DNA of 64,000 bases. It comes from Vicugna vicugna. Its lineage: Eukaryota. Every line of letters begins with the position of its first letter. The first letter of the stretch is position 1. The notes under the pieces were generated by a model that was given only the letters and a program-made list of their open reading frames with translations, was not told the DNA's origin and ran no database searches. The translations under genes and the position numbers were made by a program. Of the stretch, positions 1-12,905 are shown piece by piece. The stretch lies in the NCBI GenBank assembly GCA_013265495.1, contig MU058037.1:1613498-1677497 (forward strand), in the 5' to 3' direction.

Positions 1-111
<111 letters not shown>

Positions 112-1914
112 CTAAGAAAAAACACAGCATCAGAAAAACAAGTGAAGCAAACTGAAATATTTTCAAGTTTATTGTAATTTCATTTACAAAAAAAATTGTC
201 CTATCAAATTAAAATTGCCCCAGGGATGATTCCATGATCCAGCAAGGCTGTCTTTAAACTGGTAAGTTCCTACCTGAATGTTCTGGTTTCTAAAGTTTGC
301 CTAAAGAAGCCTGTACTCAGCTTAACCAAATACTCGATAAGTTGATAATTGCCTATGAAACTTATAAAATGCAGCATGGCGATTCAATATCCTGAAGAAA
401 GAACACACCTCACTCCCCTCGAAATCCATACCATATGTTCTATGACAAAATGAAAGTTACAAAGGGAAATTCAAATACTGGGATGTTATTAGCTTATTAT
501 AATTGATAGATATTGCTCAATAAAAAGTAGGTTTCTACAGAACCACTTTAACTGCTGGAGACAGAAGAATGATAAAATACTGTTTATAAAAACCTTTTTT
601 CTTCTGCTCTTTCGTGTTATCTTACATTTTCTATTTCTTATTGATAAAAGTTTTAATAATTACATCCAATCATCTCTATATCAATAATTAAGATGTAATG
701 CATGGCAAATCTTCCTCCCAATAAAGAGGGTGAGATTCCGTTCTCCATTTAAATAAAGCCCTTTTAGAAAAAGCTTTAAAGTTTAAAGATTATCCAGAAA
801 TCTTCAAACTGTGCAAGTTTTAAGAGCAAATGAAAGCTTTAAATTATGCATAGGGACAGGACATTAAAAAAAAAATCACAAGAAAGTGTTCACATTTTGA
901 ATACTGAAATATTTTCATTTAAGTAAATCAGAAAAAAAATAAATGATTCAGTGAAGGCCTTTTTTCCTTGTGTGAGGAGAATTCTGTTACTTTAAATTCT
1001 CTTTGGGGAAAAAAAATCAGAGTTTTACTTCAAAAGTGCTTTGCATTTCAAAATACTGATTTTAAAAATTAAAAAATACTAATTTTAACAAATGTGAAGT
1101 CTAAAGTATAAGGGACTTAACAATAACTAACAACAGCATTTCAGAAAAAGCATTCATTGAAGCAATTATGTAAAGTAGACAACTACTATGCTAATTTCCC
1201 ATACCTTTATGTCAATTATAAATTTAGATACTTGAATGTACATGTGTTTTCATTGAAAATAAGTAAGAAAAACAAGAAGCAGTAAGTTCATGGTATGGAA
1301 CTATTAAGAAGTCATTGGGTAGGTTTTAATTCTGAAAAGTCATTTCAATAATGTCATATGTCTAAGATGTTGGCATTAGTTCCAAAAATGGCCGAAGCTG
1401 GGTCTCTAGTGTGAAACAAAATGAATGCAATTTTGAAAGATGTTCATTTATCTGTGAATTCTAGTTTCTTATATGAAAGTTCACCAGTTTATACAAAATA
1501 CATAACTAATCTCAACAAAAGTACAAGTAGAATTAATTAAGAAATTGGCTAGTACTTCTTGGCTATAAACATGTGGTAATATTCAACTATATACTGGTGA
1601 CAACTGTATAAAATAGTTTTGAGGTTAATATTTATCACATTATTTATTGGAAGATAATATAATGGTGCTACTATAGAACCTAGAAGAGGACAAGATCCTT
1701 GCAATCTTTTCCCCCACAGGAATTAACAAAATGACATCAAATTAATAAAGGATCTTCAAGTACATTTGTAAGACCTAAACATTAAATTTTGTTTTGGTTT
1801 ACATAGAAGGATTATGAGAGGATTAAGTGGAAAAGGCCAATGAAAGAAGCAATATATATTGCTTGGACACACAAAACAATCATCACTCATCATTATTTAT
1901 CACCATCATCACTA

Positions 1915-2110
1915 ACATCTACTTGATAAAATGTGCTAGGGACTGTCATAAGTGTTTAACATTAATTTCACAGTAGTCTATGAGACATAAACTATCATTA
2001 CCTCTGCCTTAGAAGTAAGGAAACTAAGGTACAGAGAGGCAGGGCAGTTGGCTCAAGGTGAAGCCAGGTTTCAAGACCAGGCAATCTCACTCCTGACCAC
2101 CAGGCTCCTA
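1915..2110 (-). mobile_element. MIR SINE fragment
   Basis: Reverse MIR core: aaggaaactaaggtacagagagg...gccaggtttcaagaccagg. Confidence 0.7.
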
Positions 2111-2267
2111 ATTTACAGATTTATTGATAGTTAGGAAAGTTGTACACTTTCACTTTTCTTATTAGAACATATTTGGCAACTGTAGATATTGAGTCAAAAC
2201 ATTCACTGTTTAACATCTATTCTAAAAAGACTAAGACTTCTCTAGCACACATACATTCTGTGTAATG

Positions 2268-2503
2268 TGAGAGTTCAAGATTTGCAGATACTAATATATA
2301 TGCAATAGATAAACAACAAGTTCATACTGTATAGCACAGGGTACTCTATTCAATATCTTGTAGTAACTTATGGTGAAAAAGAATATGAAAATGAATATAG
2401 CTATGTTCATGTATGACTGTAGCACTATGCTGTACACCAGAAATTGACACAACCCTGTAAACTGACCATACTTCAAATCTATCTATTTATCTACACAAAA
2501 AAA
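2268..2503 (+). mobile_element. 5'-truncated L1 3'UTR (camelid/artiodactyl type) with A tail
   Basis: gagttcaagatttgcagatac...ctgtatagcacaggg...aaactgaccatacttcaa followed by an A run; homologous to the L1 ends at 18099 and 31972. Confidence 0.85.
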
Positions 2504-4449
2504 AGAGTAACTGGATTAGATATTCTATAAATTTATTTTAATCACCCATTTCTTCTGACAACTCGAAGCAGAAGTTTATTATATTTGTCTCCACACTTCT
2601 TTCAACACTGCATTACTGATTATGAATTAAAGTGTTTGACAAGAGCTCTACATCGTTTCATAAATGATCAGGTCATAGAGAAAGTCTAGTAACCTAAGTA
2701 AGATAAATGTTTGGAAAAGACATTATAGTCATTGGGATAATAGGAAATCATGGAGATAATCTAGTTATAACTTAGGAAATAAAATTTGTATGTAATTATT
2801 GCACATACCAGGAACTTTAAGTGGCAATTGTAAGCTAAAGCAAGTATCTAATAGTTATAGGAAGAGGATTTCATCATTATTTATATATAATTAAATGTTA
2901 TATAATTTATATTTAATCTAATTTTTTTCAGATGGATAAAAATATAAATGCTTAAAGAAGGATCTTAGCTATGTGTACAGAGTTCAATTCTAGCAACTTC
3001 AAAGTTATGAGCAATAAAATAGAAATAAAGCACATTTTTAAATGCCCCAGAGAATGAAGATATTTTGTTTTATGCAATATTTCTGTTTCTAACCTAAATA
3101 AACTATTTGTTGTAATTGCTTTTAATAATCAAGACTGACTTCTTCATCCTTCTCATCTCCCTCTTGCAGTACTAATGAGAAAAATGGCCAAAAGTCAGGC
3201 ACCAAAAGAAAGTAAGAGAAGAAACAAGTTGCTTGGATGAATTTCAAATTAATCATCTTCTGAATAACGAAGAGTCCACAGAAATACATCTCATCACCTG
3301 GTCGCCTCTGAGAAATGGTCAAACAGCAGGAGGACATGTAATTCAAATGGTTCTTTTTTCTGGCACTGAGACAAATGTGGTCTTCCATTTCATCAAAATT
3401 TTCATTCTTCTTTCATTTTTTTTAAACCAATTAATTAATTCTGGAGCTGACTCGAACAGCTCCCTCTCTTTAGCTCATCTTGCCAAAATAACATTTGCTT
3501 CACTGTTTCCAAAAGTCAGTTAACCATCCGGAGCCAAAGCAACCTCATAGTCAAGTCAATGGAATAAGGCATAATTGGAGATAGTCCAAGTGCCTAAAGA
3601 GCAGAAGAACTCTGAGGCAAAGAGGCTTCCCCAAGGATGACCCCCAAGCCCTTTCCTCTCTTTTCAACCCATCTCTTGGCTCTGATCTAGTTCTGATATG
3701 TTCCAGTAGCTCTCATTTTCTTTCCTTTAGTTTTCTGCCAATTATTGCTGTTTAAAAGCATTTTAGACCAGTTTGATAGGTTTTAACCATTACTAAGCAT
3801 GCTTCCCATCATTCCTTATAATGCCCAGGACTCAAAAATAAGAAGTCCTAGGAGATAGGACTAATTAGGTAGAAAGCTGATGAACAACCTATCCAGCTTA
3901 TTAGCGCAAGAACAGAACAGTTACTATTTACCTATGAGAGACATTCGGTTTTGAAACAGGCAGAAGAGCTTCTGCAGATGTTTTAAGCTGATTAAACTTC
4001 ATTAAAGCTTGGTACTCTCCCACCTCTTTCTATTTCTTTCCTTCATTTAGACACTTCCTATGGCTAAGCACATGTTAAATGTTACCAAAATCCTCAAATC
4101 TATTTCAAATGTGACTGACAAAACTTACTTAAAAGTGGCTGGTTTTTACAATGATACCTTGAGTAAGTCACATAAAAATTCTACTTGGTCGTCTCCTCTT
4201 TAAAATGAATCACAAGAAATAGTTTTATAATTAACTCTTTTTATTAATATTCAATATGCTAGGTTTTTCTTTTCCTCTCTTGGAAATACTTTCCCAATGA
4301 AGTGCTGACGAGTGTTCTTTAGAATGGATTTTTCTAAGTAGTTCCAGTTTTAAAATAATCCCCCTAAACTTCTCATATGTCACATTACCAATTTCAAGTT
4401 TAAATGTGGGATAATGGAACAAGCTTTCATAAGATGTACCTCATTTAGA

Positions 4450-4610
4450 TTTACCTGGATTTAAACCCTGCCTCTAATGTGTATTTACCTGTATGTCACA
4501 CAGGGCAAATTGGTGAAGATGTGTAATTCCATTTTCTCATGTGCAAAATGAGAAAATTAATACCTACTCTATAGAGCTGTGAGGATGATACCTGGCAAAT
4601 GGTAGGCACT
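4450..4610 (+). mobile_element. MIR fragment
   Basis: ttttctcatgtgcaaaatgagaaaattaatacctactctatagagctgtgagg resembles the MIR core. Confidence 0.65.
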
Positions 4611-4894
4611 TCCTTTCTTTTCTCTTGAAGCTCTTTCCCATACTAACTGAATCTGGTTCTTAGCATTTTAAGTTCATGACTATTCCAAAGAGCAGACTCG
4701 GATCTACTTCCCTGGAATTAAAAAAGTAAAAGACCTGTCCAGGGTTATCCCTTCATTAAGAAAAACACCACCACCAAGACTTCATCCAGTCTGTTAATTA
4801 GCACTGTGTTGACTCACTTCACATGGTTATTTTTCCCCATAATTTCAGTGGAAATTAGAGGGAAAAAATCAGGCTCTTTTCTCAGAACAATACC

Positions 4895-5090
4895 ATTCTT
4901 AGAACCACAAACTTATAGAGCTAGAGGAAGCTATAGAGAGGAACTAGTCCACTCCTTCCTGCCCCCAAAATTCTGCAGATGAAATATCAAGGCCAAGGAG
5001 GTTAAATTTACTCCCTCACCTCCAGATCACACTCACAGCTATATTTTATGTAAGTGATTTGCATCCAGGTTTTCTGACTTCTAGTCTAAT
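4895..5090 (-). mobile_element. MIR3/MIRc-like fragment
   Basis: agagctagaggaagc...tagtcc...gcagatgaaatatcaaggccaaggaggttaa pattern. Confidence 0.55.
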
Positions 5091-6375
5091 ATAATATATT
5101 AGTTCATAATTTCCCATTCTACAAATCATGCTTAGAGAGCTTTCTTTCCTTCAGAACTAATGAAAGGGTAAGATATAGAAAGGAAAATCTTTAATAGGTG
5201 GAAAGATGTTTTAATTAAAACTGTACTTTGCAAAGTTAACAAAAAAGAATACTAAGAATGTAAAATCATCATTATTACTTCAAGTAACTTTATAAATGTT
5301 AGAAATAAGATTTTAAAACTAATCAAAGTTAGATATAACACATAGGTTACAATGACAACATACTTTGGCTATGTCTTAGATGCTGGTTTCCATCTTTCCA
5401 GGAAAACATGGATAAAAGCCACAAAAGCACGAGGAGCTATGGTTACCCAAAACTAAGTTGCTACATATCAGGAGAAAAGTCACTCTATAGAACACATGGC
5501 TTTAAACTAAAAAAAATCACTGGTAATCAATGAAGGCTTTCCCCTCGGTTACAGTTATATAGATATACATATACAACTGAAGAAGAAAACCCATGTAAGA
5601 ATTTACCTGCTTAGAGAGCTTTAAGAATATATTATCTGAATTAAATTGTTAACACTAGTTTCCAAGATTGCTATTTCCTAAAATATCATTAATAGTATCC
5701 TTAGAAAATTCATCTATAAGGAGAAAGTAGAAACACCGTAGAACCAAACTAACATGTAACAGTTGTGTAGTAGGTAAGATATTTTCTAGCCAGTTTCTTG
5801 GTTTTTTTGTTTCTCCCTCATTAATATTAATATTATATGCTTTCTTTTTAGAGGCTTATTAAAGAAAAACTTCTCCCTTGGGTTAAATTTAGAACCAATG
5901 CAATTTTTAATCAGGTGAACAAAATACAGAAAATGATTATCTTTATTATTATATAATAAAAAATACATCTCATAGATGTTAGCCTTGTTTTGGCAATAGC
6001 CATCTGCTTACTCACCCTTAAAAGAAAGAATGGATGAGAGTTATAAAGAATATTGAGTTTGTTTAGCTTACACAACCTAAGGGAAGAGAGACCTATTAAA
6101 ATTGCAACAAATAAAAGCATAATAAACAAAACAACCACTTGCATGGGTAAGGTAACACTATGGTTCTTAATTTAAACTTTCTTTAAACCTAAGGAACTTT
6201 GGTAGGGGGTGAAAAATATAATTAAAGCGAATTTATTTATCAAAGTAAATAGGATAATTCAGAAATCACCATTTAAACTTCTCTTTCATTTATCTCTACA
6301 AAATTTCTTATAATGACTAACTCCCATTACCTTAATTCCTCTAGAAAAAAATACCAAAACATTCAAACTTTATTA

Positions 6376-6642
<267 letters not shown>

Positions 6643-6999
6643 TTATTATAACATTTTTTTACAAGGAAAAATAAAAGAAACAGTAGAAGACAGTAGTTGG
6701 CATTTTATTCTATAAAATCTGTATTAAAAAGGTATTCAGGTTAAACAACACACCTATATTCTAAATTATGGATATAAGAACTATGCAGCAAAATATTCAA
6801 GAAAGTTATGGTTATGTTTTGTTTCCATTATTTGATTCATCTGACCTAAAATAAAATGATTGTTTCTAAATAATCTTAATAATCTGAGAACTTATTGATA
6901 ACAACTACTGGATGGAAGTGAATTCAATAATTTAGAAAACGTTGATGGTTTTTACTTCATAATTAGAAAAGTCAAAAAAAAAAATTCCAACCAAAGTCC

Positions 7000-7300
7000 A
7001 GGGAAGATGAATCTCCCAAATCTGCTTGGTGAACTCCTTCTACTTATTTGTCTACTTTTTCCTGCTCAAGGTTACCTTTATATAAAGTTTGCCCCCTCCT
7101 CCAGGCAAAGTCTGGCACTTCCTCAATCCTGCTTTCTTAGTATTCTAGGAACAGTCTAAAATTGCACGATGACTCCATTCTAAAACCCTCTAAGGCATAT
7201 ACTATGTCCTACTCATCTGACTTGTCTTCCTGCCCTATCCATAACAGACAAATCCTAACACATATAAGGTACTCAATAAATATAAGCTGAATAAACTGAA
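7000..7300 (+). mobile_element. L2 LINE 3' end fragment
   Basis: Ends in acatataaggtactcaataaatataagctgaataaactgaa, a typical L2 terminus. Confidence 0.6.
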
Positions 7301-7591
7301 AAGCAAATGACCTTTAACAATTAGTAGATTGGCTTGACTGTGGACAGAAAGCTAGTGCTTATAGTTAGGACAAATCTATTCATGCTGATAGAGAATAATA
7401 GATTTTAAATGTATGTTATATCCAGAATGGTATGGTTAAGTCTTGGACATGGTAAAATCATCAATAAATAAGAACACAGGTGAATGAAGCTTGGAATATA
7501 GTGTTCTAAAATGTTCTGGCCCTTGGATGCTTCATAGACTTAATGTACTTACTGAAGCCTGATTGTTCACCATTTGAGACTGTTTTATTAT

Positions 7592-7593
<2 letters not shown>

Positions 7594-7631
<38 letters not shown>

Positions 7632-7632
7632 T
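7594..7632. repeat. (TTTA)n microsatellite
   Basis: About 10 direct TTTA units. Confidence 0.95.
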
Positions 7633-7954
7633 TGCCTTTACTGTAAGAGGACCCACAATTTTGCAGCACTCAGGGTGTGACCTTCTATCCATCTTCAACA
7701 TGTTACATTCGTTCTGTGACCACTGCATCACTCTACTGTAAGGGAGATAGTTCCCTCTGCCTGCTCAGGATAATGACTTTATTTGCTACATTTCATAAAT
7801 TGTCTACAGCCTCAGTCTGTGCTGGGTTCAGCTTCTTTACTCCACAGAAACTGACAGGCTAAATTTCTCTCCCTCATTGCAGTCCTGCTTTTTGCATCTG
7901 CTTCTCAATACTGCACTTTTATTGTGGCTATCAGCATCTACGGACTGACAGTGG

Positions 7955-8190
7955 CCAGCATGGAAAGAACATGGGCTTGGTACGAAGAGATTTAGGCAAT
8001 CCCCACACTGCCAGTTACATCCTGTGTGACTGTGAACAAGTCATTTTATATCCTTGGGGTTCAGTTTACTTATGTAGAAAATGGGGTAATAAAATCACTT
8101 CATATCGCTTACATGACAGATCAGGATAACGTATAAAAAAAGAGCCTATTACAGATCCTGTCCAAAGAAGACACTAAATAAATGCTTATT
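7955..8190 (+). mobile_element. MIR SINE
   Basis: ctgtgtgactgtgaacaagtca...tcagtttacttatgtagaaaatggggtaata. Confidence 0.7.
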
Positions 8191-8457
8191 CTCTCCCTGT
8201 TGCTTTCTCGACCCTTATAGGGTTCACCTCCCATTCATGGGATGAATTATCTCATTATTCTTAGTTTCATGGCCTCGTTGACCATCTTACAATGACCAGT
8301 AATCACACTGCTTGGTCATGATGGACAGTTCACATCTGTACTCTCTCTGATGTTCAAGCTTCAACGTTCTCAAGAGATACAATGAAGGCATTTACCCTGA
8401 AGAGCTGCTAAGCAAAGTGCCAACAGGAAGACCACCTCTTAAAAATAGAGAACCCCA

Positions 8458-8618
8458 CAGGGCCGGCTTCATGGACGTGTGACCTGTGTAATCGCACAAG
8501 GGCGTGCATTTAGTATTATATTCTGCTGTTAACATTTTGGAATTCTCAATTGTTTTTGAACAAGGGGCTCGATGTTTTCATTTTGCATTGGGTCTCACAT
8601 ACTATGGAGCCTATCCTG
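8458..8618 (+). mobile_element. Non-autonomous hAT DNA transposon (MER45A-like)
   Basis: Starts CAGGGCCGGCTTCAT, ends ATGGAGCCTATCCTG (imperfect TIRs); 8-bp TSD gaacccca (8450-8457) / ggacccca (8619-8626). Confidence 0.8.
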
Positions 8619-9599
8619 GGACCCCACTTTCTCTCTCTGAGTTATTTTAAGTTCTTCTTGAAAATATTCATCAGCAGCCATGGGGAAAAGGATACAATGG
8701 AGGCACTTAACATATAAAAACTGGCTGCAGTTCAAACTGCTGCTGCTTGACAGAAAGAAAAACAACTTGGAGTAGATTTAAATCTTTTTCAGATTCCTTT
8801 CCTTCCATATGTGGTTACATTTTCATTCTTATTTTCTCTTTGTCTCAAGGGGAAAGATAACATTGTTAATTCTGAAGGGTTTCTATATAGGATACTTTAA
8901 TTGCATTATAATCTGAAAGTTAGGAACTCAGTATGCTAAAAGGAACACTTTGTGGTTTCTACAAATTGAAGCATATTTCAAGAGTCCAATGTATAAATCA
9001 ATAGGAAGGTAATGGATAAAAATGGGCCAACATGTGTGCAAGACAACACTTGTGCCCTCATATAACACACTGGTAATGAGCAATAGTAGCTCTCCTATTC
9101 AAGCACTGGCAGCACTTAGAAGTGGAGAAGGAGGAAAGGCGGAAATACTAGACTGTAAAAGTTTTAACAAAAAAGAAAATACCAATTAAATCCACCGTAT
9201 TAAGTTGTAAATCATTTTTTCGGATTCCTCTTCTTAAGTAATTTTCTTTGCCAAATGCCTGCTATGTGCTAGATTTGCTGGGAATATGAGATGAGCAAAA
9301 CATTGACTTTACCAGCAAAGCTATCAGGATTTAATAGATTAAAAATCTTGGAAAAAATAATAGAAAGACTGCTGCCTGTTTTATATAATATATTTAACAT
9401 GTTCTTGTAAAAAGTGAATTTGTTCATTCAGTGAAATCGTGGTATTATGCTGTTATCATTTTAAAACACTGTATTATTTATTGCTACCTAATAGTGTATC
9501 CCGGAAAAAGATTAACTATATTATAGCATAGCAAGAAAAATACATTCTTTTTTTGTTTGTTTGTTTGAATTGTAAAAAAATACATTCTTTATTATTATA

Positions 9600-9770
9600 A
9601 GTTAACAACAATATTATAGAGTACGTACTCATGTGTCTGGCACTACGCTAAATACTTCATTATTTCATGTATCCTTCTAACAACTTCCTGAAGTAGTTAT
9701 TACTATAGCCAATTTACCAGATGAGAAAACAAGGCTAAATAAATAGATCAAGGTCATTGCCTTGGCAAAG
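9600..9770 (-). mobile_element. MIR fragment
   Basis: tgtgtctggcactacgctaaatactt...aatttaccagatgagaaaacaaggct. Confidence 0.65.
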
Positions 9771-12743
9771 GAAACACTTGAATTCTTCATCATTATGCTT
9801 ACCATCTCTTATTGCGATCCTTAAATCTCTACTTGTTTTTGATCAGTTTCACTTTGTATTGTTTAAAAATCTATGTCAGTATTTAATGGATATTGTATAA
9901 CATGTTTAAACTACACAGTATAATGAAATATAAGGTGAGCCTGCAAGTGTTCCTGCAATTTAGAATGCAGTTCAGATAAGGACTAGTAGATCTGAGACTG
10001 TGAAAGACATAGCTCTCTGGGAAAACTTAAAGCAATTTTAGCAGCAAAAGGACAACTCTGTTCTACGTAGAAGATGACTGGTAACCACTTTTGTATAAAA
10101 GGGATTCTTCTGATTTTTTTTGGTAATATTTATACCAAAGGATTTTAAATTCTATTTATCTTAAGTTTTAAAAACAGAAGGAGAGTTTTAAATTTTAAAT
10201 TAAAGCCTAGTAAGTAATATGCCTTTAATAAAGCTAAAGGGAACATAAAATGGTAATGAGTATTATAACTGACCCTCTGGATTCTGTTATAAACTACCCA
10301 AGATGGCAACAAAGGATTAGTGACTGAATAGCAGTTAACAGACAGGGCTAGCTATGACTTAAGAAACTTTTAAAAACAGAAGAGTGTCACAGGCTGGATT
10401 TAATGATTTTGTTATTTTTTTTCTTTCCATTTGTTTATATTAATTTCAAGTATGAATTAATATAATTAATAGAGCATATTCTCAGGAAGAAATGGGAGGT
10501 ATTCATACTATGTTCTATATTCATATTATATTTTATATAGATTTGCATATATTGTGTATGGCTGGTTCACCCAAATCTGAAAGTTCCTAAGGGGAAAAAA
10601 GATCCGAACATAGCGCACTTAGTATAAAATAAATAATGGCTTTAACAGTTGTAAAAACAACATTTTAGTCACTGTGGAGATTTGAAAAACAGCAACTCAA
10701 CATTAATATACTAACCAATAACAGATAGCATTATTTCATTATCTCTGAACAGCATTCCTTCATTATTACTGAATTTACCAGACAACTTCCAGATCAATAT
10801 GTGAAGCTTCAGCTACTGTATTTTAAAAAAGAAAGGAAATGCAGAAAGTGTTCTAAGTACAAACAATAGTGAAAAGGTAAGGAGTAAGAAAGAAATCCTT
10901 TATCAGCCTTGGAGCACACTTAGCCAGACAGACATGACTGAGCTACTTAAAAGTATTTGTATTTATATTTTTCTAAGTAAGGGGAGTACTGGTCAGTTAT
11001 TCTTCTAGTATATTGGAGGAAATGAAGATTAAATTTAGATTAAAAATCAGAAATTCATCTGATATAGGAAAGAATTTCAGGCTCATAAGCTTAACAAAAG
11101 GTTTTACAAAAGGAAATTCCTACTTCTGGGTATATACATTATATAAAAGGAACAAGAGTATAAAACCAAGATAAACTGAGCAAACAATAAACAGATGAAT
11201 ATGCATTTTAAGATGGAAGAATGTCATCAAAGCTACAATTTAAGTACAGCTTAAACAATCCAGGTTTCTTATCAATAACATGGAAAATAAAAACAAAAAG
11301 TTTAATTTTGATAAATAGTGTATACACAAAAAGTAGTTATTGAGGTAAATAATACTTCAATTAAAATAGTCTAGAGGACAGAGCATGTATTTATTGGCTT
11401 ATATGTTAGTATAATTCAGTATTAAAAATCATGCAACTCTGTGTCAATTTAGGATACATTTGCATTGTATCTGGTGAACAAGACAGGCTTTGTTTTTTAC
11501 AAAATATTACACATTTATTTAAATATTAAACAGTGAGAACTCTAAATGATGTAAGCCTCATTCAGAAATACAGTACTTCAGTACTGTTGAGCTAGCAATT
11601 TTGCACTTCTAACTATGATAGTTTCCTAACAAGACAGGAGTGAACAATCATAGGTAACTTTGAAAGAGTTCACAAACAGAATTTAAATTGATATTTAAAA
11701 GTATTATTCTACATACATATTTCCTAATGCAGGAAGAATTTCTTGCTCATATGAGTAAAGAGAACTGAATGAGAAACAATTTTTAAACTTAAAAACTAAT
11801 ATAATAGAGTAAAATTTCAATTTTAAACCAGTGTAAAAATTATATCTGTATACAACAAAGATTAAGAGTTTCAAATAGCTTCAGAAAGCAACTGTAGGTG
11901 CAAATAAATAATAAAGGTCATATCAACTTTGTTCCAACAAGGCCTAGAAAACTGTGATCCCTTTAGGTTTCGAACTCTGATGGTGGGGGAAAAGCTCAAT
12001 AAAACAATTAGCAAAGTGGAAAGAAACCACCACCACTGCTTCATTAAATCAACAATCACTGAGTATCTGCTACATGATTCAAATGGCAACTGCTACATTC
12101 AAGGATTTCACAACCTGGGATAGTGTTTCCGGTGAAATATTTGGCTTTGTCCTTAACATGACTGATGTTAAGCATGCTGCTGTTGTGTTCCTGATAACGG
12201 AAAAGAAGCAAGAACACTTTAAAAATAACAATCACCTAAGAATTACGAGGTTAGTACTGAACAGTGACAGAACATCAGTCCCACTGTGCACCTACTTTGA
12301 TGAGCAAGAAGTGGACTCGTGACACTTCCAGCTTACTTACGACGACCTTCTTGAGACATCGTAATATGAATGAAAGTTGAGACAAGAGCCTCCACCACTC
12401 CTCTGATTTCCAATAGGGAAACAGAGCCAGGAGTCCCCAGACAGATGAGAGCACTCATTAGAAGGCACCCTACTTTCTAGGCTCAAGATTGATAAGGATC
12501 TGGATATATTAGTGGCTCAACTAAGATATAGGTTATTAGGAAGATAATTTACTCAGATTCAAATAGCAAGAGTGAAGCAGTTTGTTACAACTGGATGAGC
12601 TTCTGGAAAATCCAGGCATTGTATATTCAGTTTATGGGCAAATAGGGAACAAACAGCAGAAACCCGGAAGCAATGTCTTTAATTATAGTAGAAAAATTCA
12701 AAGTTGTCATATGTGATTTTATGGAGAAAAGAGCTAATTACAT

Positions 12744-12905
12744 GGTACCAGTTATCAATTTACTGGCTCTCAGCTTCAAATTCGTCCTTCAGTGCTTGCT
12801 CTATGATAATAGGTAGGACTTTATGAATATTTCTGCTTTATAATAAGCACAATAAGCACAATGTTAAATTTTTGTCACTAAAAGGTGCTGAAGGGATACT
12901 GCAGG
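12744..12905. mobile_element. ERVL LTR fragment (LTR33-like)
   Basis: taccagttatcaatttactggctctcagcttcaaattc...aaaggtgctgaagggatactgc resembles an LTR33 terminus; recognised by eye only. Confidence 0.45.

Noticed and set aside
3122..3523. Overlapping ORFs of 88 and 96 aa, plus hairpin ggagctg-actcgaa-cagctcc (3443-3463)
   Set aside because: No recognisable protein motif in the frames I read, the 96-aa ORF has a non-ATG start, and other frames have many stops. It may be an old repeat or conserved non-coding element, but I cannot support a call.
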